Virus record (IMG/VR): IMGVR_UViG_3300024255_000004
Strand: one strand, 5' to 3'
DNA length: 64,000 nt
Source: a virus
Translations under genes and position numbers: made by a program
Shown: positions 38,928-48,361 of the stretch, piece by piece
Layout of the letters: every line of letters starts with the position of its first letter
Position numbering within the stretch: the stretch's first letter is position 1
The notes under the pieces: generated by a model
Database searches by the model: none
Told to the model about the DNA's origin: nothing
What the model saw: the letters and a program-made list of their open reading frames with translations, nothing else

Positions 38928-38942
38928 ACAACGGAATATATT

Positions 38943-40166
38943 ATGAAAATCATTGGAATTAATTCAAGCCACGACACTTCCTTGTGTCAATACGATACTG
39001 AGACTGGTATTTTAGAATTCATGCACGAAGAAGAACGTTTCAGACGTGAAAAATACTGGACACCAACCGCAGTGCAACAAGGTGACGAGGGTTTTGAGAC
39101 AACCTACCCCGACCAACTCCAGTGTATTCACAAAGGTGGTGTAGAGACACCCGATAAACTGGTCATGGCAAGTTTTGACAGACGTAATGTCGAACTTAAA
39201 ATAAACAATCAGAAATTAATGGAAGACAGAATGTTGTCTATTGAAGTTGCAGACTATGTTCGTAGTGAACCTATGACCAATCAAAGGTTAGAAGACTTTT
39301 GTGAGAAGTTTGGTGAGTTTGGTGTCGTTGACGGAATCGGTTATGGTGGTGAACACATAGAGGAATATATTCATGACGGGTTCGCAGCACAGTTCGAAGG
39401 TGATTTAGAGGATTATTATTTTTGGTTTGAACACCACATGTATCACGCATATTGTGGTTATCACTTAAGTCCGTATATAGAACAACAAGAAGACGCAATC
39501 GCAATCGTCATGGACGGAGGTGGTGCTAGGTTGAACTATGACACTATGGCGGGGTATCAAGAGATTGAGTCTATCTATAGAATGTCACCCAACCAACCAG
39601 CAAAACGTCAATGGGTTCTTAGTTCGAACCACAGATTCTTAGGTGATTTAAAAGGTTCAAACTTTCCAAATCAACAGGAAGGAACACTGGACTACATGGG
39701 TGAGAACCTTACAGAGATTGAAGACGGAGTTATCTATGAGTATACGTCACGTGCGTCCAATGGTATGGACTTCAGTAATATGAGTCATGCACTGGGTTGT
39801 GACCACCAAGGACGTGCCGCAGGTAAGGTCATGGGTATGGCAAGTTATGGTATTGTTGATTCAGATTATAAACGTTTTAATAAATTCTCCATATCACAAG
39901 AGTTAGAACTCAATGCATTTGAAGAGACTTGTAAAACAATTCAAAAAGCAATCGACATGAATGTCGACTGTAAGAATATAGTATTGAGTGGTGGATACGC
40001 ACTCAACTGCACGAACAACTACAAATATTTAAGTCGTTTCCCCGAACACCAATTTTACGTAGACCCTATTCCGCATGACGGAGGAACTGCTTTTGGTGCT
40101 TGTATACACTTAGAATATTTAATGAAAACTGGAGAAGAGAATAATGCTACTAACACGGATACATAG
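38943..40166 (+). CDS. Carbamoyltransferase (NodU/CmcH/TobZ family), N-terminal Kae1-like domain
   Basis: GINSSHD, EERFRR, EHHMYHA, MDGGG, GKVMGMASYG, LSGGYALN, DGGTAFG. Confidence 0.88.
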   Translation: MKIIGINSSHDTSLCQYDTETGILEFMHEEERFRREKYWTPTAVQQGDEGFETTYPDQLQCIHKGGVETPDKLVMASFDRRNVELKINNQKLMEDRMLSIEVADYVRSEPMTNQRLEDFCEKFGEFGVVDGIGYGGEHIEEYIHDGFAAQFEGDLEDYYFWFEHHMYHAYCGYHLSPYIEQQEDAIAIVMDGGGARLNYDTMAGYQEIESIYRMSPNQPAKRQWVLSSNHRFLGDLKGSNFPNQQEGTLDYMGENLTEIEDGVIYEYTSRASNGMDFSNMSHALGCDHQGRAAGKVMGMASYGIVDSDYKRFNKFSISQELELNAFEETCKTIQKAIDMNVDCKNIVLSGGYALNCTNNYKYLSRFPEHQFYVDPIPHDGGTAFGACIHLEYLMKTGEENNATNTDT

Positions 40167-40758
40167 AAATTTAAAAGACGTTCTAGAAGAGATAATCGAG
40201 AACAAACAAATCGTTGGAATGTTTCAGAACTCTTCTGAGTGGGGGCCTCGTGCATTAGGTAATCGTAGTATTCTCTTTGACCCACGTCACCCACACGCAA
40301 AACAAATTGTTAACGAAGTTAAGAAACGTGAAGACTATCGTCCCTTCGCAGGTTCAATCCTTGCAGAAAGAGCTCATGAGTATTTCGAAATGTTGCAACT
40401 TAAAGAATCACCGAACATGTCTTTTGCGATTCAAGCAAAACAAAAAGCATATGACGAGATTCCTTCACTGGTTCATGCAGACGGAACATGTCGTATACAG
40501 ACAGTGACCGAAGAACAGAATCCTAATTATTATAATTTAATTAAAGGGTTTGGTGAATTAACAGGGACACCGATTATATTTAATACTTCATTCAACTTAG
40601 GTGGTGAATCATTGGTTGAGAATATCTATGACGCAATCTCTACATGTAATCGTTCAGAGATTAATCATTTATATATTCCCGAAGACCAAGACATTCATAT
40701 CCCTTACGAATTAATTGCAGATAAAAGAACGAACTATCCTAAGAAGAAAGACAATTAA
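40144..40758 (+). CDS. Carbamoyltransferase C-terminal (YrdC-like) domain as a separate gene
   Basis: EWGPRALGNRSIL, VKKREDYRPFA, HADGTCRIQTV, NTSFN; own GGAG RBS. Confidence 0.9.
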   Translation: MLLTRIHRNLKDVLEEIIENKQIVGMFQNSSEWGPRALGNRSILFDPRHPHAKQIVNEVKKREDYRPFAGSILAERAHEYFEMLQLKESPNMSFAIQAKQKAYDEIPSLVHADGTCRIQTVTEEQNPNYYNLIKGFGELTGTPIIFNTSFNLGGESLVENIYDAISTCNRSEINHLYIPEDQDIHIPYELIADKRTNYPKKKDN

Positions 40759-40771
40759 CATAAATAACTCT

Positions 40772-41098
40772 ATGATAGAGGTTTCAGACATTGCAATCCA
40801 AAAACTACTAGAGAGAAAAGTTGAGTCAGTAAGACTTGGTGTCACTGGTGGTGGTTGTGCTGGTTTCGAATATGTTTTTGCAGAAGACAATTATCAAGAG
40901 GGAGACGAAGTCATAGACTATGGTAAGTTCTCTTTTCTTATAGATAAAAACAGTCAACCCTTTTTAAAAGGAATGACATTAGATTATATTAAAGAAGGAT
41001 TAAATGAATTTTTTAAATTCATAAATCCAAATGAACAATCAGCATGTGGTTGTGGAGTGAGTGTGCAATTCAATGAAAACATCATCAGCAAAAGCTAA
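40772..41098 (+). CDS. iscA: A-type Fe-S carrier IscA/HesB
   Basis: GGGCAGFEY, LDY, NPN..CGCG. Confidence 0.93.
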   Translation: MIEVSDIAIQKLLERKVESVRLGVTGGGCAGFEYVFAEDNYQEGDEVIDYGKFSFLIDKNSQPFLKGMTLDYIKEGLNEFFKFINPNEQSACGCGVSVQFNENIISKS

Positions 41099-41411
41099 AG
41101 GAAGAAAACTACAACAGTGGTTTGCAAATGTCCTTGTAGAGACACTAGGACTCGATTCAGAGGATTTAGAATCAAGACCTATGGGTTCACAAGGGGAAGA
41201 CATTATACTCGGTAGACAGAGTCGAGACGTTTTTCCATTTAGTATAGAATGTAAGAATCAAGAAGCCGTCAACGTATGGAAAGCATACGAACAAGCTTCT
41301 GAAAATTGCAAAGGGTATGAACCCCTTGTAGTTATAAAAAGGAATCGTCATAAACCATTAGTGGTTATAGACGCAGAAAAATTTGTTCAATTAATTAAAC
41401 ATGAGGAATAA
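41073..41411 (+). CDS. PD-(D/E)xK nuclease, Holliday-junction-resolvase-like
   Basis: KAKGRKLQ, GEDI, IECKNQE. Confidence 0.7.
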   Translation: MKTSSAKAKGRKLQQWFANVLVETLGLDSEDLESRPMGSQGEDIILGRQSRDVFPFSIECKNQEAVNVWKAYEQASENCKGYEPLVVIKRNRHKPLVVIDAEKFVQLIKHEE

Positions 41412-42828
41412 AAACTTGTTATCTTTCAACGAACTCATTACTGAGGAAAAAAGTAATGATAAACCATATCGACTTGTAATCATTGCAGAACGTCGCATGG
41501 TCAAGAGGGCAAAGAAGAATGCAGATAAACCTGTAGTAAAAAAACCCAGTTCGACTTCCAGTAAACTTTACAACATTGCAAAAGAGAATGGTTGTGAAGT
41601 GTATAGTGTTAAAGTGAATGGTGCATACATTGAACGTGCCGATAACGGAGTCATTACCATTCATAACCAAGATGACGAAAAAGGATTTGAGTTAGATGCA
41701 GATACCATTGTTATGGTTCGTGGTGCTGTCACAGCAAAAGATTCCTACTTAGATTTAATCAGTCAGATAGAAAGATACGGATTCCCTGTAGTTAATTCAA
41801 GGGAGTGTATCGAAGTGTGTGCAGATAAGTTTAGAACTTATTTACGACTACAAGAAATCGGAATGAACCAACCGAAAACAGTTTTGATTCCAAACGAGGA
41901 TTCTGAGACTGTAGACTTAGCTGCAAAAAGACTAGGAAACAAATTCCCAATGGTTCTAAAGACACTTCAAGGTGCAAAGGGGGTTGGTGTATTACTTGTT
42001 GAAACGGAACGTTCTCTGCAGTCTACAGTGAGTCTAGTGTATAAGATTGACCCTAATTGTGATATCCTAATTCAAGAGTATATTGAAATGGAATATGATG
42101 TTCGTGTTATGATTAATAACAAACGAATCATAGGTTCAATGAGAAGGAATAAAATTATTGATGATTTCCGTTCTAACATTTCACAAGGTGCAGAAGCAGA
42201 AGAGATTGAATTAACAGAACTAGAAAAAGAAACTTGTCTTATCGCTGCAAAAGCAGTAAACGGACAATGGGTTGGTGTTGACTTTATTCCTGCGAAAGAC
42301 AGAGAAAAAGATTCACCTTATATGTTAGAAGTCAATCAGTCGCCAGGTTCACAAGGAATCTCTGATGCGATTGGTAAAGAAGTTTGTGAAACAATTATAG
42401 AAGACTACATGGACAGAAACATATGGAAGAAGAGTGCAACTGAATGTGGTGTTCTCGAGACCATAGAGGTCGATGGTGAGACGATGACTGCAAAGCTAGA
42501 CACTGGGAACAGTGCAGCTGCTTGTGCCCTTCACGCAGACTCTTATGAGATTAAAGGTAAGGTTGTTCACTTCACACGTAATGGTAAGAAATTTAAAAAA
42601 CCTTTGGTCAGAAAAATTACATTACTCAAACCTGCTGAAACTCGACCAGTGGTTAAGTGTGAGTTAAACTTCTTAAATACTATATATGAACAAGAAGTCA
42701 GTTTAGACCAAAGAGGTAAAATCCCTTTTCTTGCAAATAGAGATTTTATGAATCGTGCAAACTTAATGATTAACCCGTCTAGGAAATTCCTATTGACCAA
42801 CAAACACGATACTGCAGAAGAAAACTAA
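41401..42828 (+). CDS. RimK-family ATP-grasp ligase fused to a retropepsin-like (RimB-type) aspartyl protease
   Basis: DKFRT, PKT, VLKTLQGAKGVGV, IQEYI..DVRV, FRSNISQG, GVD, LEVNQSPG; then AKLDTGN, RPVV, L..R..FLANRDF. Confidence 0.88.
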   Translation: MRNKNLLSFNELITEEKSNDKPYRLVIIAERRMVKRAKKNADKPVVKKPSSTSSKLYNIAKENGCEVYSVKVNGAYIERADNGVITIHNQDDEKGFELDADTIVMVRGAVTAKDSYLDLISQIERYGFPVVNSRECIEVCADKFRTYLRLQEIGMNQPKTVLIPNEDSETVDLAAKRLGNKFPMVLKTLQGAKGVGVLLVETERSLQSTVSLVYKIDPNCDILIQEYIEMEYDVRVMINNKRIIGSMRRNKIIDDFRSNISQGAEAEEIELTELEKETCLIAAKAVNGQWVGVDFIPAKDREKDSPYMLEVNQSPGSQGISDAIGKEVCETIIEDYMDRNIWKKSATECGVLETIEVDGETMTAKLDTGNSAAACALHADSYEIKGKVVHFTRNGKKFKKPLVRKITLLKPAETRPVVKCELNFLNTIYEQEVSLDQRGKIPFLANRDFMNRANLMINPSRKFLLTNKHDTAEEN

Positions 42829-42829
42829 C

Positions 42830-42859
42830 TTGACAATGACTTAAACTTTTTGTTATAAT
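42830..42859 (+). promoter_or_regulatory. Class I promoter
   Basis: TTGACA-N18-TATAAT. Confidence 0.7.
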
Positions 42860-42865
42860 TATTTT

Positions 42866-43579
42866 ATGAGTATTGAAACAAAACCAACTATCCAAGAACG
42901 AATGCAGATAAAGGCAGAACGTGCCTTGGACGAAGTAGAATCACAAATAGATAAACTTATGGATAAGAAGAAAACTTCTTTTTCAATGTATAACTATTTA
43001 ACAAAACTTGAATACAGTGGAAAGGTAGTCAAGTTTATGAAAGGGTTCACACAGGATATCGTGTATGAGATTAAAAACGAAGAATCATGTGAACAGTTAG
43101 AAGAAGCTTATAACTTTTTAACACCTAAACAGAAAGTAAAAATCATTAAACAATTAGAGTTGTTTGAAAAAGACATAGACAAATATGTCTCTGAATACAA
43201 ACCTATTAAGAAACCACGTAAACCTAAATCACCAAAACAGTTAGTCAGTAAACTTCCGTTTCTAAAACAACATGGAAAGTATCACTCGATTGACCCCGAA
43301 GAAATTATTCGTGCAACATATTTGTTCACTTATAATATTGCAAGTAAGAAGTTCACCAAGTTTGAAACCTATGGTGGTCTATCAGTTAAAGGGTCAAGAA
43401 TAGTTGATTACAATTCATGTCAAGAAAAGACCTTGACAGATATGAAGTTGCTTGATAGAATATATAAAGGTGGTAATATTATTGCAAAGAATTTTATAGA
43501 CGAGATACCTCGTTCTAAACTAAAAGACGGAAACGATTTATTGACCAAAAATACATTATTGATAAAAGTGATTAAATGA
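42866..43579 (+). CDS. Conserved hypothetical T4-like phage protein
   Basis: KPTIQERM, QLEEAY, SIDPEEII, LSVKGS; adjacent to rnh. Confidence 0.7.
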   Translation: MSIETKPTIQERMQIKAERALDEVESQIDKLMDKKKTSFSMYNYLTKLEYSGKVVKFMKGFTQDIVYEIKNEESCEQLEEAYNFLTPKQKVKIIKQLELFEKDIDKYVSEYKPIKKPRKPKSPKQLVSKLPFLKQHGKYHSIDPEEIIRATYLFTYNIASKKFTKFETYGGLSVKGSRIVDYNSCQEKTLTDMKLLDRIYKGGNIIAKNFIDEIPRSKLKDGNDLLTKNTLLIKVIK

Positions 43580-44412
43580 TACTTATAGATTTTACTCAAA
43601 CCATAATTGCTGGTTTGATGGTTCAACTCAAGTTGAATGACGGACAACTAAGTGAAGACAAACTTAGACCTATGATAATTAATTCCATTCGGAATTATCA
43701 AAAGAAATATGCAAGAGACTATGGAGAAATAGTTCTTTGCACAGACGCAGGTAATCCATGGAGGAGAGAATACTATCCTCAGTATAAAGCAAACAGAAAG
43801 AAAGCTCGTGATGCAGATGATAAGGATTGGGGAACAATCTTTGACACACTACAAGTAATCAAAGACGAACTTAGAGATAACTTTCCATACAGATACATGT
43901 ATGTTGAGAAGTGTGAAGCAGACGATATCATTGCAGTGTTAGTTAAACATGCAAAGGAACCAGTTCTCATTGTGAGTGGTGATAAAGACTTCCAACAATT
44001 ACATGCATATGATGATGTGAGACAGTGGAGTCCTAATCTAAACAAGTTTATCGATTGTGTTAACCCACAACTCTTTTTAAAAGAACATATATTAACGGGT
44101 GATAAGTCAGACGGAATCCCTAACATACTCTCAAGTGATGATTGTATGGTAGAGGGAATCAGACAGACACCATTACGTAAACCAATCAAAGATAAGTATC
44201 TCAGAATATCGATTGAAAATGACGATAAATACTATAGGAACTATTTAAGAAATCAAACACTTATTGATTTTGATTTCATTCCACCAAATGTGGAAGATAG
44301 CATTTTAAGTGAATTTGAAAAGACTGCACCTATAAGAGGTAAAGTTTTTGACTACCTAAGAACTCATAGATTAAATGAGTTGTTAGATAACATAGGAGAT
44401 TTTTCGTTATGA
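43576..44412 (+). CDS. rnh: RNase H / 5'-3' exonuclease (T4 rnh)
   Basis: MILID, WRREYYPQYKANRK, EADDII, SGDKDFQQL, GDKSDGIPN. Confidence 0.93.
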   Translation: MILIDFTQTIIAGLMVQLKLNDGQLSEDKLRPMIINSIRNYQKKYARDYGEIVLCTDAGNPWRREYYPQYKANRKKARDADDKDWGTIFDTLQVIKDELRDNFPYRYMYVEKCEADDIIAVLVKHAKEPVLIVSGDKDFQQLHAYDDVRQWSPNLNKFIDCVNPQLFLKEHILTGDKSDGIPNILSSDDCMVEGIRQTPLRKPIKDKYLRISIENDDKYYRNYLRNQTLIDFDFIPPNVEDSILSEFEKTAPIRGKVFDYLRTHRLNELLDNIGDFSL

Positions 44413-44927
44413 CGGAAACAACAAAAAAAGGAAGGGGTAGACCAAAAGGTGCTCCCAATAAACCAAAACTAGAACTCATTACAAAGAGAACTGAATTACC
44501 TAAAGATGCAGACGTGTATGAAATATTATGTCAAGCAGAATTAGTTGCAAAAGAATCTGAAGATTTAGCTGCACAAGGTCTCAGAGTTTTCGGAGAAAGA
44601 AATGGTGCAGTGAGATATATATTACAATGGGTATTTGACGACAACATTGTGTCAACACTACCCGAAGGTAAGACACCTTACAATCAAGATGATGCACCAG
44701 CTACAGACCTTGCACCAACAAGTCTAAGATTTGAAACAAGACTATTCAAATACTTTTGCACAGAAGAGGTTTCACAAAATCGTAGAGAGACAATGTGGAT
44801 TCAACTGTTAGAAGGAATACCTTCTAAAGAAGCAGAGTTAATGGAATTGGTAAAAGACGGAGTATGGCCATTTAAGAACATTACTAAAAATGTTGCACAA
44901 AAAGCCTTCCCCGAAGTTATAAAATAA
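44409..44927 (+). CDS. Conserved hypothetical T4-like phage protein
   Basis: LPEGKTPY, RRETMWIQLLEG..EAEL; N-terminal AT-hook-like GRGRPKG. Confidence 0.75.
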   Translation: MTETTKKGRGRPKGAPNKPKLELITKRTELPKDADVYEILCQAELVAKESEDLAAQGLRVFGERNGAVRYILQWVFDDNIVSTLPEGKTPYNQDDAPATDLAPTSLRFETRLFKYFCTEEVSQNRRETMWIQLLEGIPSKEAELMELVKDGVWPFKNITKNVAQKAFPEVIK

Positions 44928-44939
44928 ATAAATATTAAT

Positions 44940-45025
44940 GTCCTCAGAGACTATACATAAAATAAAAGGAAGTTTAATGTTAACTTCTATGTGTAAACTT
45001 CTAGTCGAGTAGGACTCCATGGAGT
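44940..45025 (+). ncRNA. Candidate structured 5' leader upstream of the 509-aa gene
   Basis: Nested stems GTCCT/AGGAC, GACTA/TAGTC, TACATA/TATGTG, GAAGTT/AACTTC; palindrome ACTCCATGGAGT over the RBS. Confidence 0.45.
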
Positions 45026-45032
45026 ATAATTA

Positions 45033-46562
45033 ATGGACAACAATGTGAACCCAACGTTTGCCTCACAGCAAGCACCTACAGAACCAACTGAACTGGAACG
45101 AGTTCAGCAACGTATTGCAAATTACAAGATTGCAATTGCACCTAGTTCTGCACAAGCAATATCTACACTACTACAATTACATTTGAAGAGTGGTCAAATT
45201 AAGATAGACGAACTTGATGCAGTGATTGGAGTAAGAAACGAAATCAACAAAGGTCTAACCGATTACAATCTTGCAGTTGAGACTGCACAAAGACAATTGA
45301 ATTCATTGCTTGAATCAGATAGAATTGCAAAAGCAGAAGCAATCGAAAAAGAGAAAGCAGAATTAGTTGACAAAATTAGAGACCAACGTAAACTAAGAAA
45401 AGCAGAAGAGATTAAAGTTGCACAACTAGAAGCAATCCTTGCGTCACATGGAGTTAATGTTGACTTAAATGGTGACGGAGTAATTGGTGTTAAAGCAGGT
45501 GACTTAAATGCAGACGGATTTGTAGAACTTACTAAAGAAGAAGCTGCAACACTCGCTGCAGACCATGGAGTCACAATTCCACCTCAAACAATTCAAAAGG
45601 GAACTAGGACTGAAGCACCTAAGAAGACTTCTAAAGCATTTGAAATGGCAAGACTTCTTAATCCCGAAGGTGAGTCAAACACTCAACCACCAGTGACTAA
45701 CGTTTCAGTTGCACCTATATCAGAAGACGAAGGTTTTAATAATTACGTAGCAGAAGCAAAAGACTCAGTTAACACTTGGGAAGAACAAACAGAAACAGAA
45801 GTTCCCCAAGAAGAAATGTTATTCGGAAGTGATGAAACAGAAGAAGACGGATTTGATTTACCAATAGAAGAATCTATTACAATCGAATTACCAGTTCCCG
45901 AAGATGCAAAAGGTATTGAAGCATTCTTAGAAGAAGTAGAAACAGTTAAACAAGAAGCAGAGATAGACGACATTGACGAAGAACAATTCAATCAATCATT
46001 TGAAGACACTGCAGAACAAGAAGGTAAAGAAATTTACAGTGGTGCATGGTCAAGTGGTGAAGACACAATGCCTGATATAAAGGTTGCAGAAGAAGACACT
46101 ACAACAGAACCTACTTATGCTAAACCAGCAACAACTGGTGCAGTCCCTATTACAAATACTAACGTTGGTAAGAAGACATTGAAAACTGGTGATAGTATAG
46201 AAGCACCTATTTCAAAAGAACAGAAAATTAACACTTACTCTTCTGAAGAAGAAATGATTAAGTCAGTTCAAGCAAAAATTGACGCTGCAAAAGAACAAGA
46301 AGTTGAAGAAGAGTTTGAAGAGTTAGTTATCCCTAGTGCAGACGAACTAAAGGGAATGACTAAATCTAAGATTAAAGAAGTTGCAGAAGGTCTAAACTTT
46401 GAAGTGTCAACAACTGATACTAAAGATGCAATGATTGAAAGTATTGCAACTCAAACAGAAAGTCTAATCGAGTCTTTACAAGAAACTGATGAATTTGTCA
46501 GTGCAACTGAAACAGTGAAAGGAGAAGACGATGATGATAGACGAGATGGTGGATACTTCTAA
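45033..46562 (+). CDS. Large acidic protein with coiled coil, two DxNxDG motifs and a C-terminal Rho-N/HeH-like helical domain
   Basis: VDLNGDGVI, GDLNADGFV; ELKGMTKSKIKEVAEGL..TKDAMIESI. Confidence 0.65.
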   Translation: MDNNVNPTFASQQAPTEPTELERVQQRIANYKIAIAPSSAQAISTLLQLHLKSGQIKIDELDAVIGVRNEINKGLTDYNLAVETAQRQLNSLLESDRIAKAEAIEKEKAELVDKIRDQRKLRKAEEIKVAQLEAILASHGVNVDLNGDGVIGVKAGDLNADGFVELTKEEAATLAADHGVTIPPQTIQKGTRTEAPKKTSKAFEMARLLNPEGESNTQPPVTNVSVAPISEDEGFNNYVAEAKDSVNTWEEQTETEVPQEEMLFGSDETEEDGFDLPIEESITIELPVPEDAKGIEAFLEEVETVKQEAEIDDIDEEQFNQSFEDTAEQEGKEIYSGAWSSGEDTMPDIKVAEEDTTTEPTYAKPATTGAVPITNTNVGKKTLKTGDSIEAPISKEQKINTYSSEEEMIKSVQAKIDAAKEQEVEEEFEELVIPSADELKGMTKSKIKEVAEGLNFEVSTTDTKDAMIESIATQTESLIESLQETDEFVSATETVKGEDDDDRRDGGYF

Positions 46563-46947
46563 AGATTCAGAAGTAAAACCTATTCACCCAGTAAGTCCTA
46601 GATATCAATCACAATTAAACCATGAGGGAATTCGTTTAGAAATCCCTTATGCATACGCCATGAAGAGTGGTCTTCTTTATAAGGAAGAAGTAATTGTGTA
46701 TGAAGAAGATAACTCTCTTCTTATATCATGTCTACACTTAGATACCAAAACACCCCCTAACTATCTACCTACATACTATTATAAGATTGGAGGAAATCCT
46801 ATGAGTGAACAACTAGACGAGTTAACATGTTCAGTGTTCATTGCATATCCCTCTAACTTTTTTAATATAGGAGATAAAATTCGTTATGAATATCAAAGTG
46901 AAAAACAAACAGGAACAGAAAGACACATCAAGTGTAGTCTCTGTTAA
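46531..46947 (+). CDS. Hypothetical protein
   Basis: 138-aa ORF with AGGAG RBS. Confidence 0.6.
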   Translation: MMIDEMVDTSKDSEVKPIHPVSPRYQSQLNHEGIRLEIPYAYAMKSGLLYKEEVIVYEEDNSLLISCLHLDTKTPPNYLPTYYYKIGGNPMSEQLDELTCSVFIAYPSNFFNIGDKIRYEYQSEKQTGTERHIKCSLC

Positions 46948-46950
46948 ACC

Positions 46951-47877
46951 ATGGAATCTAGAAATATCCCAATTACAGCAGTTGACCAATTCGATTTTCT
47001 TGAACATAGGAAAAAACAGGAAGCACTCCATTGGAACTCAGTCCAAGGTAAGTCACCTTTAGATTCTATTCTCACTGTAGAGATTAACACTACAGAACTT
47101 TGTAATAGAACTTGTGTGTTTTGTCCACGACACGACCCTAAAGTTTTCCCTAACAGAAACCTACACTTAACCATTAAAGGTGCATCAACGATTGCAGAAG
47201 AACTTGCAGAGAATGGATTCAGAGGTAAGATATCCTTTAGTGGGTTTGGTGAGAACTTACTTAACCCCGACTTCATAGAAATCGTAAAGGTGTTTAGATA
47301 TAACTTACCTTATGCAACACTGGAGTGTAATACTAACGGAGATAAGTTAGACATAGATTACATTAACGGATTGTATAAGAGTGGATTAGATTTACTCTAC
47401 ATTAATCTGTATGACGGGATAGAACAAATGGAACACTTCGACACTATGATGGCTGAAGCAAGAGTGCATGAAGACCGATACAGATACAGAATGCATTGGG
47501 GTGACTTTGAGAAACACGGACTGATACTTAACAATCGTAGTGGTGTCGTTGATTGGGTTGGTGTTGAAGACGACACTGTAGAGAATCTAAAAGGTAAACC
47601 ATGTCACTACCCATTCTATAAAATGTTTGTTGATTGGAACGGAGACGTATTGTTCTGTAGTAATGATTGGGGAAGAGAACATGTCGTAGGGAATCTATTG
47701 ACTATGTCATTACATGACGTATGGTTTTCTAAACCTATGACAAAGATTAGAAAGAAACTTATGAAGGGAGACAGAAGTATGTCCCCGTGTAATAAGTGTA
47801 GTGTAGACGGAAGTTTATTTGGTAAGCCGTCATTTGATATTATAAAAGATTATTATGAATCACCAAAGAATAGATAA
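46951..47877 (+). CDS. Radical SAM protein with SPASM/twitch domain
   Basis: CNRTCVFC (CxxxCxxC), SGFGE, TNG; C..PF..VDWNGDVLFCSND..GNL..CNKC. Confidence 0.9.
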   Translation: MESRNIPITAVDQFDFLEHRKKQEALHWNSVQGKSPLDSILTVEINTTELCNRTCVFCPRHDPKVFPNRNLHLTIKGASTIAEELAENGFRGKISFSGFGENLLNPDFIEIVKVFRYNLPYATLECNTNGDKLDIDYINGLYKSGLDLLYINLYDGIEQMEHFDTMMAEARVHEDRYRYRMHWGDFEKHGLILNNRSGVVDWVGVEDDTVENLKGKPCHYPFYKMFVDWNGDVLFCSNDWGREHVVGNLLTMSLHDVWFSKPMTKIRKKLMKGDRSMSPCNKCSVDGSLFGKPSFDIIKDYYESPKNR

Positions 47878-48361
47878 CTTTCTACCAAGAGAGATATTCG
47901 AAAATTTACAGAAAGACTTAATGGGTGGAAGCTTCCCATGGTTTTATAGACATGCAATGACAGACCCCCAAGATACAGAGGGGTTTCTTTTTGCAACAGT
48001 CATAGTGAATGATGAAGAAGTTGATGACACTGGAATGTTTCAAGAGATAGGTGTTCCAATAGTAAGTCGGATACCTATGACTAAATTAATTCGTATGAAA
48101 ATAAACTGTCACCCAAGACAGACACTTAGAGGTCAAGAAAATTATCCTATGTGTAGATATCATGTGGATATGAATGAACAACATACAGTTGGGATTTTAG
48201 GTATAAACACTTGCAATGGTTATACAGAATTAGAAGACGGAACTAAATTAGAATCAATTGAAAATTCTTTAGTTGTCTTCAATGGAGATATTAAACATCG
48301 TAGTGTCGGACAGACAGACGAAAATATCAGAGTGAATATTAATATAGATTGGATTGAATAA
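47855..48361 (+). CDS. 2OG-Fe(II) oxygenase-like protein
   Basis: IDNFL, FPW, YHVD, NGYT, HRS..RVNIN. Confidence 0.7.
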   Translation: MNHQRIDNFLPREIFENLQKDLMGGSFPWFYRHAMTDPQDTEGFLFATVIVNDEEVDDTGMFQEIGVPIVSRIPMTKLIRMKINCHPRQTLRGQENYPMCRYHVDMNEQHTVGILGINTCNGYTELEDGTKLESIENSLVVFNGDIKHRSVGQTDENIRVNINIDWIE

